Source of the DNA: Actinomycetes bacterium
GTDB lineage: Bacteria; Actinomycetota; Thermoleophilia; Solirubrobacterales; JACPNS01
NCBI GenBank assembly: GCA_023404495.1
Contig: JAEYBE010000045.1
Coordinates: 6,970-70,969 of the forward strand
Direction: 5' to 3'
DNA length: 64,000 nucleotides
How positions within the stretch are numbered: the stretch's first letter is position 1; each line of letters begins with the position of its first letter. The notes beneath the pieces were generated by a model. The model searched no databases. It had not been told where the DNA came from and worked only from the letters and a program-made list of their open reading frames with translations. Below are positions 43,945 to 51,914 of this stretch, piece after piece. Both the position numbers and the translations under genes were made by a program.

Positions 43945-44711
43945 TAATTGTCGTCCCAAGGCATCACGTGGAACCAGCTCACCGTACGAACTCCGCGCGC
44001 GCACGCGACGCGTTGGGCTGGATTCCCGCTGCCAACACCGACAAAGAGATCCCCGGTATTTCGGTAGACCTTGCATTTGAATCGGTTTCGCCGAATCTTG
44101 CAACCGCTGCGGGCGCATCGGCTGGTGATCCGGTTGTTGACCTGTCGAGCGAGCTTCAGAGCCCGACTGCAGCTGTACTTGTACGAACGGACATCCGAGC
44201 CGATCCAGACTGTGCGCGGTGGATCGTGCGTGTCGCCGCAGAAGCCGTTACTCGTGTACTCGCCGTACTCGTCCGCGCAGATGCTCGTGAGTGAACCCCA
44301 GCGATTCCAATCGCCAAGCGGTCCGCCGGGCCAGTGGGCTATGCGGAGTTCAATCTGTGTGTACGCCGGACTAGTGCCATCGGAGCATGTGCCGATCTGA
44401 GTCGCGCGCAGGTGTGCTCGCCCGCGTTTGTTCCAGTACCCGCCGCCGGGCCGATAGATCGAGTTGTATCCGCGAGCTGTGGCGGTTGCCGAGCCCCAGT
44501 TCTTCCACTTCAGGTCGTAGAAGACCGTGCTTGGAGGGCCGCCGCTGGTCACGACCGCGGGTGCTTCGGCACCGAATCCCGCACCCATCGGAAACAGGTT
44601 TGGCGACCCGAGCACCACCGCGCCTGCTGATCCAGGGAGAACCGCCAAGAAGGCGATGCCGCAGATGCTTGCGACTGCGAGGTTTCGAATGCTCATCTCA
44701 ACTACACGCAA
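43944..44711 (-). CDS. secreted protein, WxxWG-repeat family paralog 2 (one repeat plus Cys-rich C-terminus)
   Basis: Signal peptide MSIRNLAVASICGIAFLAVLPGSAGA. Repeat: FYDLKWKNWGSATATARG...AYTQIEL. Confidence 0.65.
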   Translation of the reverse strand: MRVVEMSIRNLAVASICGIAFLAVLPGSAGAVVLGSPNLFPMGAGFGAEAPAVVTSGGPPSTVFYDLKWKNWGSATATARGYNSIYRPGGGYWNKRGRAHLRATQIGTCSDGTSPAYTQIELRIAHWPGGPLGDWNRWGSLTSICADEYGEYTSNGFCGDTHDPPRTVWIGSDVRSYKYSCSRALKLARQVNNRITSRCARSGCKIRRNRFKCKVYRNTGDLFVGVGSGNPAQRVACARGVRTVSWFHVMPWDDN

Positions 44712-45525
44712 CTTTCAATTTGAATTGCTTCTTCGGGAATCCATTTGGACGGCCACTGGTGAACGTGGCGTTTATGCGCGTGAAGTAACGCTGTCCGCCG
44801 CACGCTCGAACGCGACTGAGTCTGACCTTCACTGGCCATGACAAGCGACGATTGGCCTGCGGTGAACCGGGCTTCGCCCGCACCAGGTAGCGGCCTCGGC
44901 CTCGCGCTGATGACTTGTTCCACTTCTGCCACTTGAGCTTGCGAAAGCCCTGGTCGCTGCCCACTCCGCCGACGAAGATCTCACGCGGCCTGAGCTTCGG
45001 CACTCCGCCCATGTCCGAACCGCCCAGTGCGTTGAAGATCTTCGGCTTCGAGCTCGGCGTCGTGCAGTCCAAGTCGTAGCCGCCTGGCGAATATGTGCCG
45101 GCGGGTTCCCCATACGGATTTCCGTCGGTGAGCTCCGCGGTCCAATCGACGCGCGTGTAGTAGCTGTCGGCGCCAGTTGGAGACGAACACATTCGGAGTC
45201 CGCTCACCACAAGCGTTGCCGGATAGCTCGCCGTGAAGCCATCGGCGCAGCTCGGTTCGCAGTTGTTTAGCAAGACGTTGCCGCTGGCCACTGCCGTCGC
45301 ACCGCCCCAGCCGGTCCAGGCCAGATTCGTGAAGTAGGGACTCCCGCCGGCGCAGCCTCGGCTCCATTCTGCCGGTGAGGCCTCGTCGCCGTATGCGCCG
45401 ATCACCCCGCACGCGGGGAGCAGAGCAGCATCGGCGGTAGGCGCCGACGCCGCCCATCCGCAGCCAGCCACGGTCGCTATGGCCAAGGCAAACCAACGGG
45501 ATGCCGACGAGCGACGCAAGGTCAC
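44698..45525 (-). CDS. secreted protein, WxxWG-repeat family paralog 3 (two repeats)
   Basis: Signal peptide or lipobox ALAIATVAGCG. Repeats: FTNLAWTGWGGATAVASG...SYYTRVDW and FRKLKWQKWNKSSARGRG...CGGQRYFTRINA. Confidence 0.65.
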   Translation of the reverse strand: MTLRRSSASRWFALAIATVAGCGWAASAPTADAALLPACGVIGAYGDEASPAEWSRGCAGGSPYFTNLAWTGWGGATAVASGNVLLNNCEPSCADGFTASYPATLVVSGLRMCSSPTGADSYYTRVDWTAELTDGNPYGEPAGTYSPGGYDLDCTTPSSKPKIFNALGGSDMGGVPKLRPREIFVGGVGSDQGFRKLKWQKWNKSSARGRGRYLVRAKPGSPQANRRLSWPVKVRLSRVRACGGQRYFTRINATFTSGRPNGFPKKQFKLKVACS

Positions 45526-45657
45526 TTGCTGCCCTTCAGCTCAGATGGTGTAGAGAGCGCACGCAAATCGGATACAGACTATTGATCTCTGACCGTAAGC
45601 CGCATTCGGTAGCAAGGCTGGAGACAGCGACCTCGAGCGGCATACCCCGGAGTCGAC

Positions 45658-46041
45658 TCAGGCGCCGGTCCAAACGCAGGGCTTTGACATCAGCGAAGCC
45701 ATATTGGAGGTCGAATCTCCGGGATTGCGCCATGTCACCCGGGTATAGAGCCAGCTGCCGCAGATTCGCTTCGGGCGCGACAACCTGACCGTCACGCGAG
45801 CGGTGTAGGGCTCAGCCTCCGGGTACTGGGTGTGCACCGTCGCGCGAGCTACCGCCTTCGCGTCGTTCCATTTGGACCATTTCATCTTCGTGAAGTAAGA
45901 GTGGTTCAGGCCGTGGAATTTCTTTGGCTTGTACTTCTTGCCGCTCGAGGTCTTCAGGCGTGGCGAGGCGCTGGCCGTGGTGGGAACCGCCATGGCAAGC
46001 ACAAGTACCGCAGCCAGAATGAGGGTTCTGATTGCCATCAC
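45658..46041 (-). CDS. secreted protein, WxxWG-repeat family paralog 4 (single repeat)
   Basis: Signal peptide MMAIRTLILAAVLVLAMAVPTTASA. Repeat: FTKMKWSKWNDAKAVARA...CGSWLYTRVTW. Confidence 0.65.
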   Translation of the reverse strand: MMAIRTLILAAVLVLAMAVPTTASASPRLKTSSGKKYKPKKFHGLNHSYFTKMKWSKWNDAKAVARATVHTQYPEAEPYTARVTVRLSRPKRICGSWLYTRVTWRNPGDSTSNMASLMSKPCVWTGA

Positions 46042-46127
46042 GAGAGATTATTGCGGAACTGTTCGGGTTAGCGAGTTCGAGTCACATCACCTTTTTTGGA
46101 TCATCAATTTTGCGATAACTTCCGCGC

Positions 46128-46991
46128 ATGGCGAATCTGAATCTGCTCAGCATGCGAGCCAGCATCGTCGCCCTGCTGGCGCTTGGTATCTGCCTGGCCG
46201 GCTGCGGAGGATCTAACGACTCTGCCTCACTTGACTCAATCAATTCTGACGTGCAGGCCAGTACTGAACAGCTCAATACTGCGCTCGGAGAGGCCCGCGC
46301 GACGAACCGAACGTCGATGGTGAACCTGCAGGCAGCTGCGTCCGCAAGCGCGGAGACGATCTCCAACGGAATCGAAGAAGTCGATTCCCTCGATGCGGAT
46401 GGTGAGAACGCGGACGAGATCGAGTCCTACCGCAAGGCGCTCGTCGCTCAGCGTGCGGTTGCGCAGGCGCTCGCTGCGGGCCGCCCGTCAAGTTCTCAGA
46501 TCGAACTCGCCGCCGCCAAGGCCACCCTTGCGCTCAACTCGGTCACCGGCCAACAGCTCACTGCGATTGACGTCAGCGCGCTGGTGCATTCACTAAAGAA
46601 GTCGCGAAAGAAGTCGGCACCGGCCTCAAGCGGTTCAAGCGGGTCCGGCAACAGCGACAGCGCGACCTCAAGCGACGATGCCACGCGAACTTTCTACGTC
46701 GGGCAGGGGAACATCAGCTGCAGCGTCAGCGCGGCCAGCGCCAAATGTTCTGTGGCGAGCAACGGGATCACGTTCGTAGTCGAAGGCGGCTCGCGAGGAA
46801 TGACCGAGGACGGAGCGATTCTCGGACGAGCTTCTGGAAGCAGGCAGGCGTATGGAACTTCGGTCTCGGTCGGAGACTTCACGTGCTCGATCCCGCCAGA
46901 GTCTCAGGCCAGCGGGGTGTCATGCCGGAACACATCGAGCGGTCACGGGTTTGAGGCCAGCCGGGTCGGATCTCGACAGAAAACTTTCTAG
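46128..46991 (+). CDS. lipoprotein of unknown function
   Basis: Lipobox LALGICLAGCGG, a helical Ala/Ser-rich middle, and a Cys-containing C-terminal domain. Confidence 0.65.
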   Translation: MANLNLLSMRASIVALLALGICLAGCGGSNDSASLDSINSDVQASTEQLNTALGEARATNRTSMVNLQAAASASAETISNGIEEVDSLDADGENADEIESYRKALVAQRAVAQALAAGRPSSSQIELAAAKATLALNSVTGQQLTAIDVSALVHSLKKSRKKSAPASSGSSGSGNSDSATSSDDATRTFYVGQGNISCSVSAASAKCSVASNGITFVVEGGSRGMTEDGAILGRASGSRQAYGTSVSVGDFTCSIPPESQASGVSCRNTSSGHGFEASRVGSRQKTF

Positions 46992-47051
46992 TCCGTCGGA
47001 CCACAGACTGCAGGATCGTCGATAGCGATCCGCGCGCCGTTCGCGTACTGC

Positions 47052-47405
47052 TCAGGCCTTCTTCACAACGCTCGACTTGAGCTGCATCGGCCCAAAGCCG
47101 TCGACCCGGCAATCGATGTCGTGATCGCCGACTCCGTCGACCAGCCGTATGCCGCGCACCTTCGTGCCGCGTTTGATCGGGCCGGAGGCGCCTTTGACTT
47201 TGAGGTCGGTGATGACGGTGACGTCGTCGCCGTCCTGGAGAACGTTGCCGGCTGAGTCGCGGATGACGCGCTCGGGTTCCGATGTTGCTTCAGTCTCGGC
47301 GCCGGGAGTCCACTCGTGCTGGCACATTGAGCAGACCTGTTGGCCGTTTTGCTCGTAGGTGTATTCGGATTGGCAGGCTGGGCATGGGGGATCTTGTTCT
47401 GGCAT
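47052..47405 (-). CDS. phnA: PhnA zinc-ribbon protein
   Basis: CPACQSEYTYE...CSMCQHEW zinc ribbon, then DSAGNVLQDGDDVTVITDLKVKG...IKRGTKVRGIRLV...HDIDCRVDGFGPMQLKSSVVKKA is typical PhnA. ATG 47405. Confidence 0.85.
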   Translation of the reverse strand: MPEQDPPCPACQSEYTYEQNGQQVCSMCQHEWTPGAETEATSEPERVIRDSAGNVLQDGDDVTVITDLKVKGASGPIKRGTKVRGIRLVDGVGDHDIDCRVDGFGPMQLKSSVVKKA

Positions 47406-47439
47406 CTGGGGGAGGTTAGGTTGAAAGGCAACGGTGGCT

Positions 47440-47727
47440 TCAGCGATCGGCTGTTGCTGCACCGCCACTGCGCGCGTCTTCAACCGAGACGACTGCAACA
47501 AGTGCTTCGTCGACGAGTTCGTAGACGATCAGCATCCAGGACCAAGGTCCCAGAACGAACCGAAATCCATCCCAGTCGCCCGTCAGTTTCGCCCCGGAAT
47601 CCGGAAACCGCGCGAGGTGTGCGACGCAGCGAGCGACACGCTTCCGGGTATCGGCGGGCAGTTCGTAGACTTCAGTCATTCGATCAAGTTGCGCCAACGC
47701 GCTGGGCGAGAACTCGATGCGTGGCAA
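47440..47727 (-). CDS. type II toxin, RelE/ParE family
   Basis: 95 aa with the pattern ...RFPDSGAKLTGDWDGFRFVLGPWSWMLIVYELVDEALVAVVSVEDAR, typical of a ParE/RelE fold. It starts 2 nt after the antitoxin stop. Confidence 0.7.
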   Translation of the reverse strand: MPRIEFSPSALAQLDRMTEVYELPADTRKRVARCVAHLARFPDSGAKLTGDWDGFRFVLGPWSWMLIVYELVDEALVAVVSVEDARSGGAATADR

Positions 47728-47729
47728 CT

Positions 47730-47996
47730 TCAGATCTTCTCGATCCGTACACCCTTGCCCGCCCGTACCTCACGGGAGCCGGACTGAGCTCGCGCCAGGG
47801 CGCCGGGAATCGAGTCGAGAATCAGGTGAACGTGACCTGCGTCCGGGTCGGCCGCATCAATCGCGACGCTGAGCAGCGACCGCGCAAGCGTGCCCTCCTG
47901 GAGATGGCTCCGTTCAGCCATGCGGCTGAGTTTTTCGGCTTGCTCCGGATCGAGCGAAACGTTGATCCGTTTGGGTCGCGCGCTCATTCGGAGCAA
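47730..47996 (-). CDS. ribbon-helix-helix (CopG-like) antitoxin
   Basis: RINVSLDPEQAEKLSRMAERSHLQEGTLARSLLSVAI is an RHH pattern. It lies upstream of, and is tightly coupled to, the toxin gene. Confidence 0.7.
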   Translation of the reverse strand: MLRMSARPKRINVSLDPEQAEKLSRMAERSHLQEGTLARSLLSVAIDAADPDAGHVHLILDSIPGALARAQSGSREVRAGKGVRIEKI

Positions 47997-48148
47997 TCTA
48001 CACGATATGTAACAGTCTGTGCTCGGCGCCCGCGCTACTCCAGCTGCAACTGACTGCTCACTTCGCTAGTCACTGCCGTGATGGCCGAGCCGTCGTTTCA
48101 GCGCGGACCGGGCAGGCGAGCATGCTCGAGAAAACTGCCGGACAAATA

Positions 48149-48221
48149 AGCCGACGCCCGGATTCGAACCGGGGACCCCTTCATTACGAGTGAAGTGCTC
48201 TACCAACTGAGCTACGTCGGC
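48149..48221 (-). tRNA. tRNA-Thr (anticodon CGT)
   Basis: Minus-strand read: GCCGACG TA GCTC AGTTGGTA GAGC A CTTCA CTCGTAA TGAAG GGGTC CCCGG TTCGAAT CCGGG CGTCGGC T. Confidence 0.9.
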
Positions 48222-48230
48222 GCAGTCTTG
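48175..48230. repeat. attL: 56-bp direct repeat (5' 47 nt of tRNA-Thr plus 9 nt upstream)
   Basis: ACCCCTTCATTACGAGTGAAGTGCTCTACCAACTGAGCTACGTCGGCGCAGTCTTG is identical to 53491..53546 (offset 5316 bp). Confidence 0.85.
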
Positions 48231-48358
48231 CGCCCGCTTGACTAAGGGATTTCGGACGGTCTAGACAGTCCTACGTTTCCCGGACGGTCGACGGAGTGTG
48301 ACCCAATATTGACCCAAGAAAATCGGTCAGGATCGCCACCCCAAGCGGACTCCGAAGT

Positions 48359-49294
48359 TTACCCGCTTATCGCCGCGGTTCCAGATTCAGCGCCCACTGG
48401 GCGTGCCCATGACACATCTCGCCCGATCAGGAGTTCGGTCATGCGTGCATTGTGAGTGTTTTTCATCGCTACTGCCTCGCACTCCAATCCTCGCGAGATT
48501 GCCATTTCTTCAATGTCCTGAGCGTTGTCATAGGTCATGAGAAGGTCATTGGAGGACGCAGCGCAAACGTCAAAGAGCTGGTCGTGATCAAGCTCATGGC
48601 AGTTGTATAGCCGGCGACCGGCTTTCTTCCCAGCCGCGGTGTAAGGCGGATCAACAAAGAGCGCGGTATTGATTTCGTCTGCATGTTTTTCAATCTCCGC
48701 AATGCCGTCGCCCTGGATGAACTCCAAACGATCACGGATTGCGTCTATTCCTTCAATCCTTTTGACCAGAGTTCGCGCATACCAACGCGACCCGATGCCC
48801 TTTCCATTCTCACCGTTCTTCATAGGCGACGAACCGCGGGCGATAATCCCGCCGTGAAACGTCCGGTTCTTCACGATCGTCCGGAAGGCGACGTCAAGCT
48901 CTGCGTCCGTATCGGATGCGAGAAGCTCGTTCACGGTTTCAACGCTCGGTTCGAAAGCTTCAATCATTGACGCGAGCTTGCTGCCGTCACCACTGACCAC
49001 CGTTTTCCAAACCGCAGCAATCTCTGGGTCTAGCTCAACTATCACCGCTCGTTCAACGAGCCGTTCGGCAACGGCGGTAAGACTGACGATGCCACCGCCG
49101 ACGAACGGTTCAAGGATGGCGTCATGGCGTGGCGATGCACTTCCCAGCCATTCGCGCACCCACGGAATTAGCCAAGTCTTTCCCCCTGGATACCGAAACA
49201 AGCTCCGCTGCGGGACTGATGCCACATTCACGATCTTCATCGGCTTTTCCGTGTCCTCAAGAAGTTGAAGCTGCGTAGCCCTGGAAATGCTCAT
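48359..49294 (-). CDS. DNA N6-adenine methyltransferase, D12 (Dam) class
   Basis: FRYPGGKTWLIPWV (compare the Dam K-W-A-G-G-K box) and catalytic FVDPPY. The ATG overlaps the endonuclease stop (ATGA). Confidence 0.85.
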   Translation of the reverse strand: MSISRATQLQLLEDTEKPMKIVNVASVPQRSLFRYPGGKTWLIPWVREWLGSASPRHDAILEPFVGGGIVSLTAVAERLVERAVIVELDPEIAAVWKTVVSGDGSKLASMIEAFEPSVETVNELLASDTDAELDVAFRTIVKNRTFHGGIIARGSSPMKNGENGKGIGSRWYARTLVKRIEGIDAIRDRLEFIQGDGIAEIEKHADEINTALFVDPPYTAAGKKAGRRLYNCHELDHDQLFDVCAASSNDLLMTYDNAQDIEEMAISRGLECEAVAMKNTHNARMTELLIGRDVSWARPVGAESGTAAISG

Positions 49295-50163
49295 ACCAAT
49301 CTTTCCTCCGGTCGCGTCGGTCCTGCGGCAAGCTGCGCGTCCAACCGTGCCTGAAGTGTGGCAACGAAGCCTTCCGGACCCGTCGCTACCGGCTTCGTGA
49401 CTTCAAGCATGGCGTTCTCATATGTGGAGTAGGCGACCTCGCAAAGCTCTAGCGACCTGCGACCGTCGCCAGTTTCAACCAAGTCGTAGACAAACCACGC
49501 AAGGTCGCTTTCTTCCCTCGCGGTTCTTGTCATAGGGGGCAAGGTGTCCCAGAGACCCTTGTTCACAGCAACCGCCTGCTTCTTTCCCCAGCTTTGAAAA
49601 ATCGCGCCCTTGAACATCAGTTGGGGGGCAAGCCGCTTGCGGGTTGATGAAAGGAAGTCGGGACGCGGCCGGTTCACTAGATCGCCGTAGTCCACCCCCA
49701 CGAACTCGGCACGGTGCGCGAGCTGATCCATGTATATGCGAAACGGGTTTCGGATGTTTCCGGAGATATAGACCGCCTGGATTTCCAGCGAACCAAAGTC
49801 AGTCACGCGCCCGCGGTCGTCGTATTCAACGAGCACATAGTCCACATTCCCAGCCGCTCGGCCGTCGCCGCCCTTCAACCGGATCTCTGGGAATGATGTC
49901 CATTTAGCGTCCAACCCGAAGAAGAATTCAGCCGCGTCACTCACCGCTCGCGACTGCTCGCGAAAGCGAACGGGACATATGATGTTGAGTTCCCCGCCAG
50001 CCCAAACAGAGCAAACTCCGAGCGGGTCCTCCACGCTGTCTTTGGTGCAGTTCGGCGTGATGTTTCCGTAGGGGCAAAGCCGATCCCGACGATGCCGCAT
50101 GGCGTCCTCGGAATTGTCATCCGCTGGATATCCAAAAACCTCGCCGAGTAGGTGGTCCGACAT
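49291..50163 (-). CDS. NotI-family (PD-(D/E)XK with N-terminal Cys4 cluster) restriction endonuclease
   Basis: FGYP...CPYGNITPNCTKDSVEDPLGVCSV...IICPVRF and GSLEIQAVYISGN resemble, from my memory of the NotI sequence, FGHRVYP..CPF..C.K...GVC...CPNR and LEIQTMDFHGSY. Start set at ATG 50163. Confidence 0.65.
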   Translation of the reverse strand: MSDHLLGEVFGYPADDNSEDAMRHRRDRLCPYGNITPNCTKDSVEDPLGVCSVWAGGELNIICPVRFREQSRAVSDAAEFFFGLDAKWTSFPEIRLKGGDGRAAGNVDYVLVEYDDRGRVTDFGSLEIQAVYISGNIRNPFRIYMDQLAHRAEFVGVDYGDLVNRPRPDFLSSTRKRLAPQLMFKGAIFQSWGKKQAVAVNKGLWDTLPPMTRTAREESDLAWFVYDLVETGDGRRSLELCEVAYSTYENAMLEVTKPVATGPEGFVATLQARLDAQLAAGPTRPEERLV

Positions 50164-50207
50164 GATCGGCGAGTATCGCACGACCGCGAGACGGCACGAA
50201 ACCGCGC

Positions 50208-51353
50208 TCATTCGCTCTCCTCCGGCGATCCCCAAAGCCCGCGAACTGCGCGAAGAATGTCCCCCATCGGAAAGCCGGCTGCATCCGCCACATGGATTTC
50301 GTCAATTGCGATGCCCAGGTCTCGGAGTTCCGCTTCACGGCGCGACCAGAGATGAGGCTTTCCGTTGCACTTCCACCAGTCTCGACCGATGCCGGCTGCG
50401 CGCATAGCGAGATGACCGATTATCCGCTCCGCCTTGTACGGCTCTACGCGACCGGCTTCAACCTCGCGAATCACCTTTGCCTGAAGCGCAGTGGCGTCCG
50501 CCGCGAGGAAGTCATCCGCACCGCTCCAGGCATTCAGTGGCTTCGCCCACATCGCGGCAATCGTTGCGTCTGACATAACCGACGGTTCAGGCTGCTGATT
50601 TCCCGAAAACCTGAACTGTTGCTCAATCCGAACCCACGAACCAGCTGGACCGGTCCCGCTCTCTATGGACTTGTCATAGGCGCGGAGCTTGACCTGCTTC
50701 CTTGCGGGCGTCCGGAAATAGACAGTTTGAATTTCGCCGTGTTCGTGCCAGACGTTGCGCTTTAGCCGTGGCAAGTCCATAGCCGCTAGCCCCCTCATAA
50801 AGACTTGCCCCTGACGCGGATCGTCAAATTCAAGGTCGCACGCCAGATCCAGTCGGCGGACATATGGAGTTTCACCGAACAATCCATGCGGATGAAGAAA
50901 CTCAGACGCTCGCAAGGAGGCAAGCACCGATCCGTTGTCAAGTTTCCCCGTTGGGGCAAGCCCGGTGGTTTTGTCGGACCCGCCGACGATTGAGGCGAGG
51001 TGACCTTCGCAGTAGATCAACTCATATTTAGGGAAGTAGCCCCAGTGGGCACCGCCGAAGCGCTCCTTGATGTGGGCGGACCCGCGAGTTCCCGGGAAAA
51101 CTTCCGACGATCCGAGCAGTTCGCGATCGCGCTCATCCCAGCCCTGCAAGAGCGTTCCCTTCTCGAGCGGACGGCCAAGGTGCATCCAAAGCTTCCAATC
51201 CTTCGGACGCCAGCAGAACGACACCGTGTCGACCCCCCATCCCGCGAGATGCACGCCCGCAGGGAGTTCGACGAAATCGTTTTGAGAACAACCTGTTAGA
51301 AGCGGTTGTTTTTCCTTACTGACCCCTGGACGACGCCCATCAACTGATCTCAT
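50208..51353 (-). CDS. Rep_trans-like (rolling-circle) replication initiator
   Basis: YVRRLDLACDLEFDD and TVYFRTPARKQVKLRAYDKSIE match the RxDxAxD and LRxYDK motifs of the Rep_trans / RepSA-type initiators of actinomycete integrative elements. Confidence 0.6.
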   Translation of the reverse strand: MRSVDGRRPGVSKEKQPLLTGCSQNDFVELPAGVHLAGWGVDTVSFCWRPKDWKLWMHLGRPLEKGTLLQGWDERDRELLGSSEVFPGTRGSAHIKERFGGAHWGYFPKYELIYCEGHLASIVGGSDKTTGLAPTGKLDNGSVLASLRASEFLHPHGLFGETPYVRRLDLACDLEFDDPRQGQVFMRGLAAMDLPRLKRNVWHEHGEIQTVYFRTPARKQVKLRAYDKSIESGTGPAGSWVRIEQQFRFSGNQQPEPSVMSDATIAAMWAKPLNAWSGADDFLAADATALQAKVIREVEAGRVEPYKAERIIGHLAMRAAGIGRDWWKCNGKPHLWSRREAELRDLGIAIDEIHVADAAGFPMGDILRAVRGLWGSPEESE

Positions 51354-51757
51354 CGCGGGCGCCTCCGCACTTCAAACGAAACCACCCCCTCTCCATCGTG
51401 TTCGGACGGAGCGGTTTCGCCCGTCGCGCCGCCTAGCGGCGTCGCATTCGCGCTCTCCGCAACCACCTCCACGTTGCTCACGGTCAGGCGATAAACATTG
51501 CCGATGTATCGCCCGCCGGTCAAGTCCGCGAGCGAGGCAAAACTAGACGTCAGGTAGAACTTGATTTCTTTCGTGGGGACGCTTGCATTCGCCTCACGAA
51601 TTGCGTTTAGGACTTGCGTCTCGTCGGGAGCAACGAGCTTCATCCGTTCATCCGTCACGCGGTCTCGGATAGTGAGCAGCAAATAGTGACCCTCTGCTTG
51701 CGTGCGCGGTAGCAACCGCTGTGCCCTGATGACTTCGCCTTTGACCCACATTTCCAT
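51350..51757 (-). CDS. hypothetical protein (element-encoded)
   Basis: 135-aa ORF. Its stop overlaps the rep-like start by 4 nt, and an AT-rich promoter-like region lies upstream. No family recognised. Confidence 0.5.
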   Translation of the reverse strand: MEMWVKGEVIRAQRLLPRTQAEGHYLLLTIRDRVTDERMKLVAPDETQVLNAIREANASVPTKEIKFYLTSSFASLADLTGGRYIGNVYRLTVSNVEVVAESANATPLGGATGETAPSEHDGEGVVSFEVRRRPR

Positions 51758-51914
51758 TGCTATCTAATTATTACCTACTTTTCTTTGTTGTCAAGTGATC
51801 TCTCTTAGCCAAATGTTCGACGCACAAAACCGCATAGGTATGCGATTTTCGGAGCCTAGAAAAAAGGTTCGGGGAACTTCCGGCCGTTTTTCTTAGATGT
51901 GATATTTTCGAAAT

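Noticed and set aside
48235-48244. TTGACT within the shared CGCTTGACTA, considered as a -35 box for tRNA-Thr.
   Set aside because: The hexamer reads TTGACT on the plus strand but the tRNA is on the minus strand, so it cannot be its -35 element in that orientation. It is kept only as a sequence-similarity observation.
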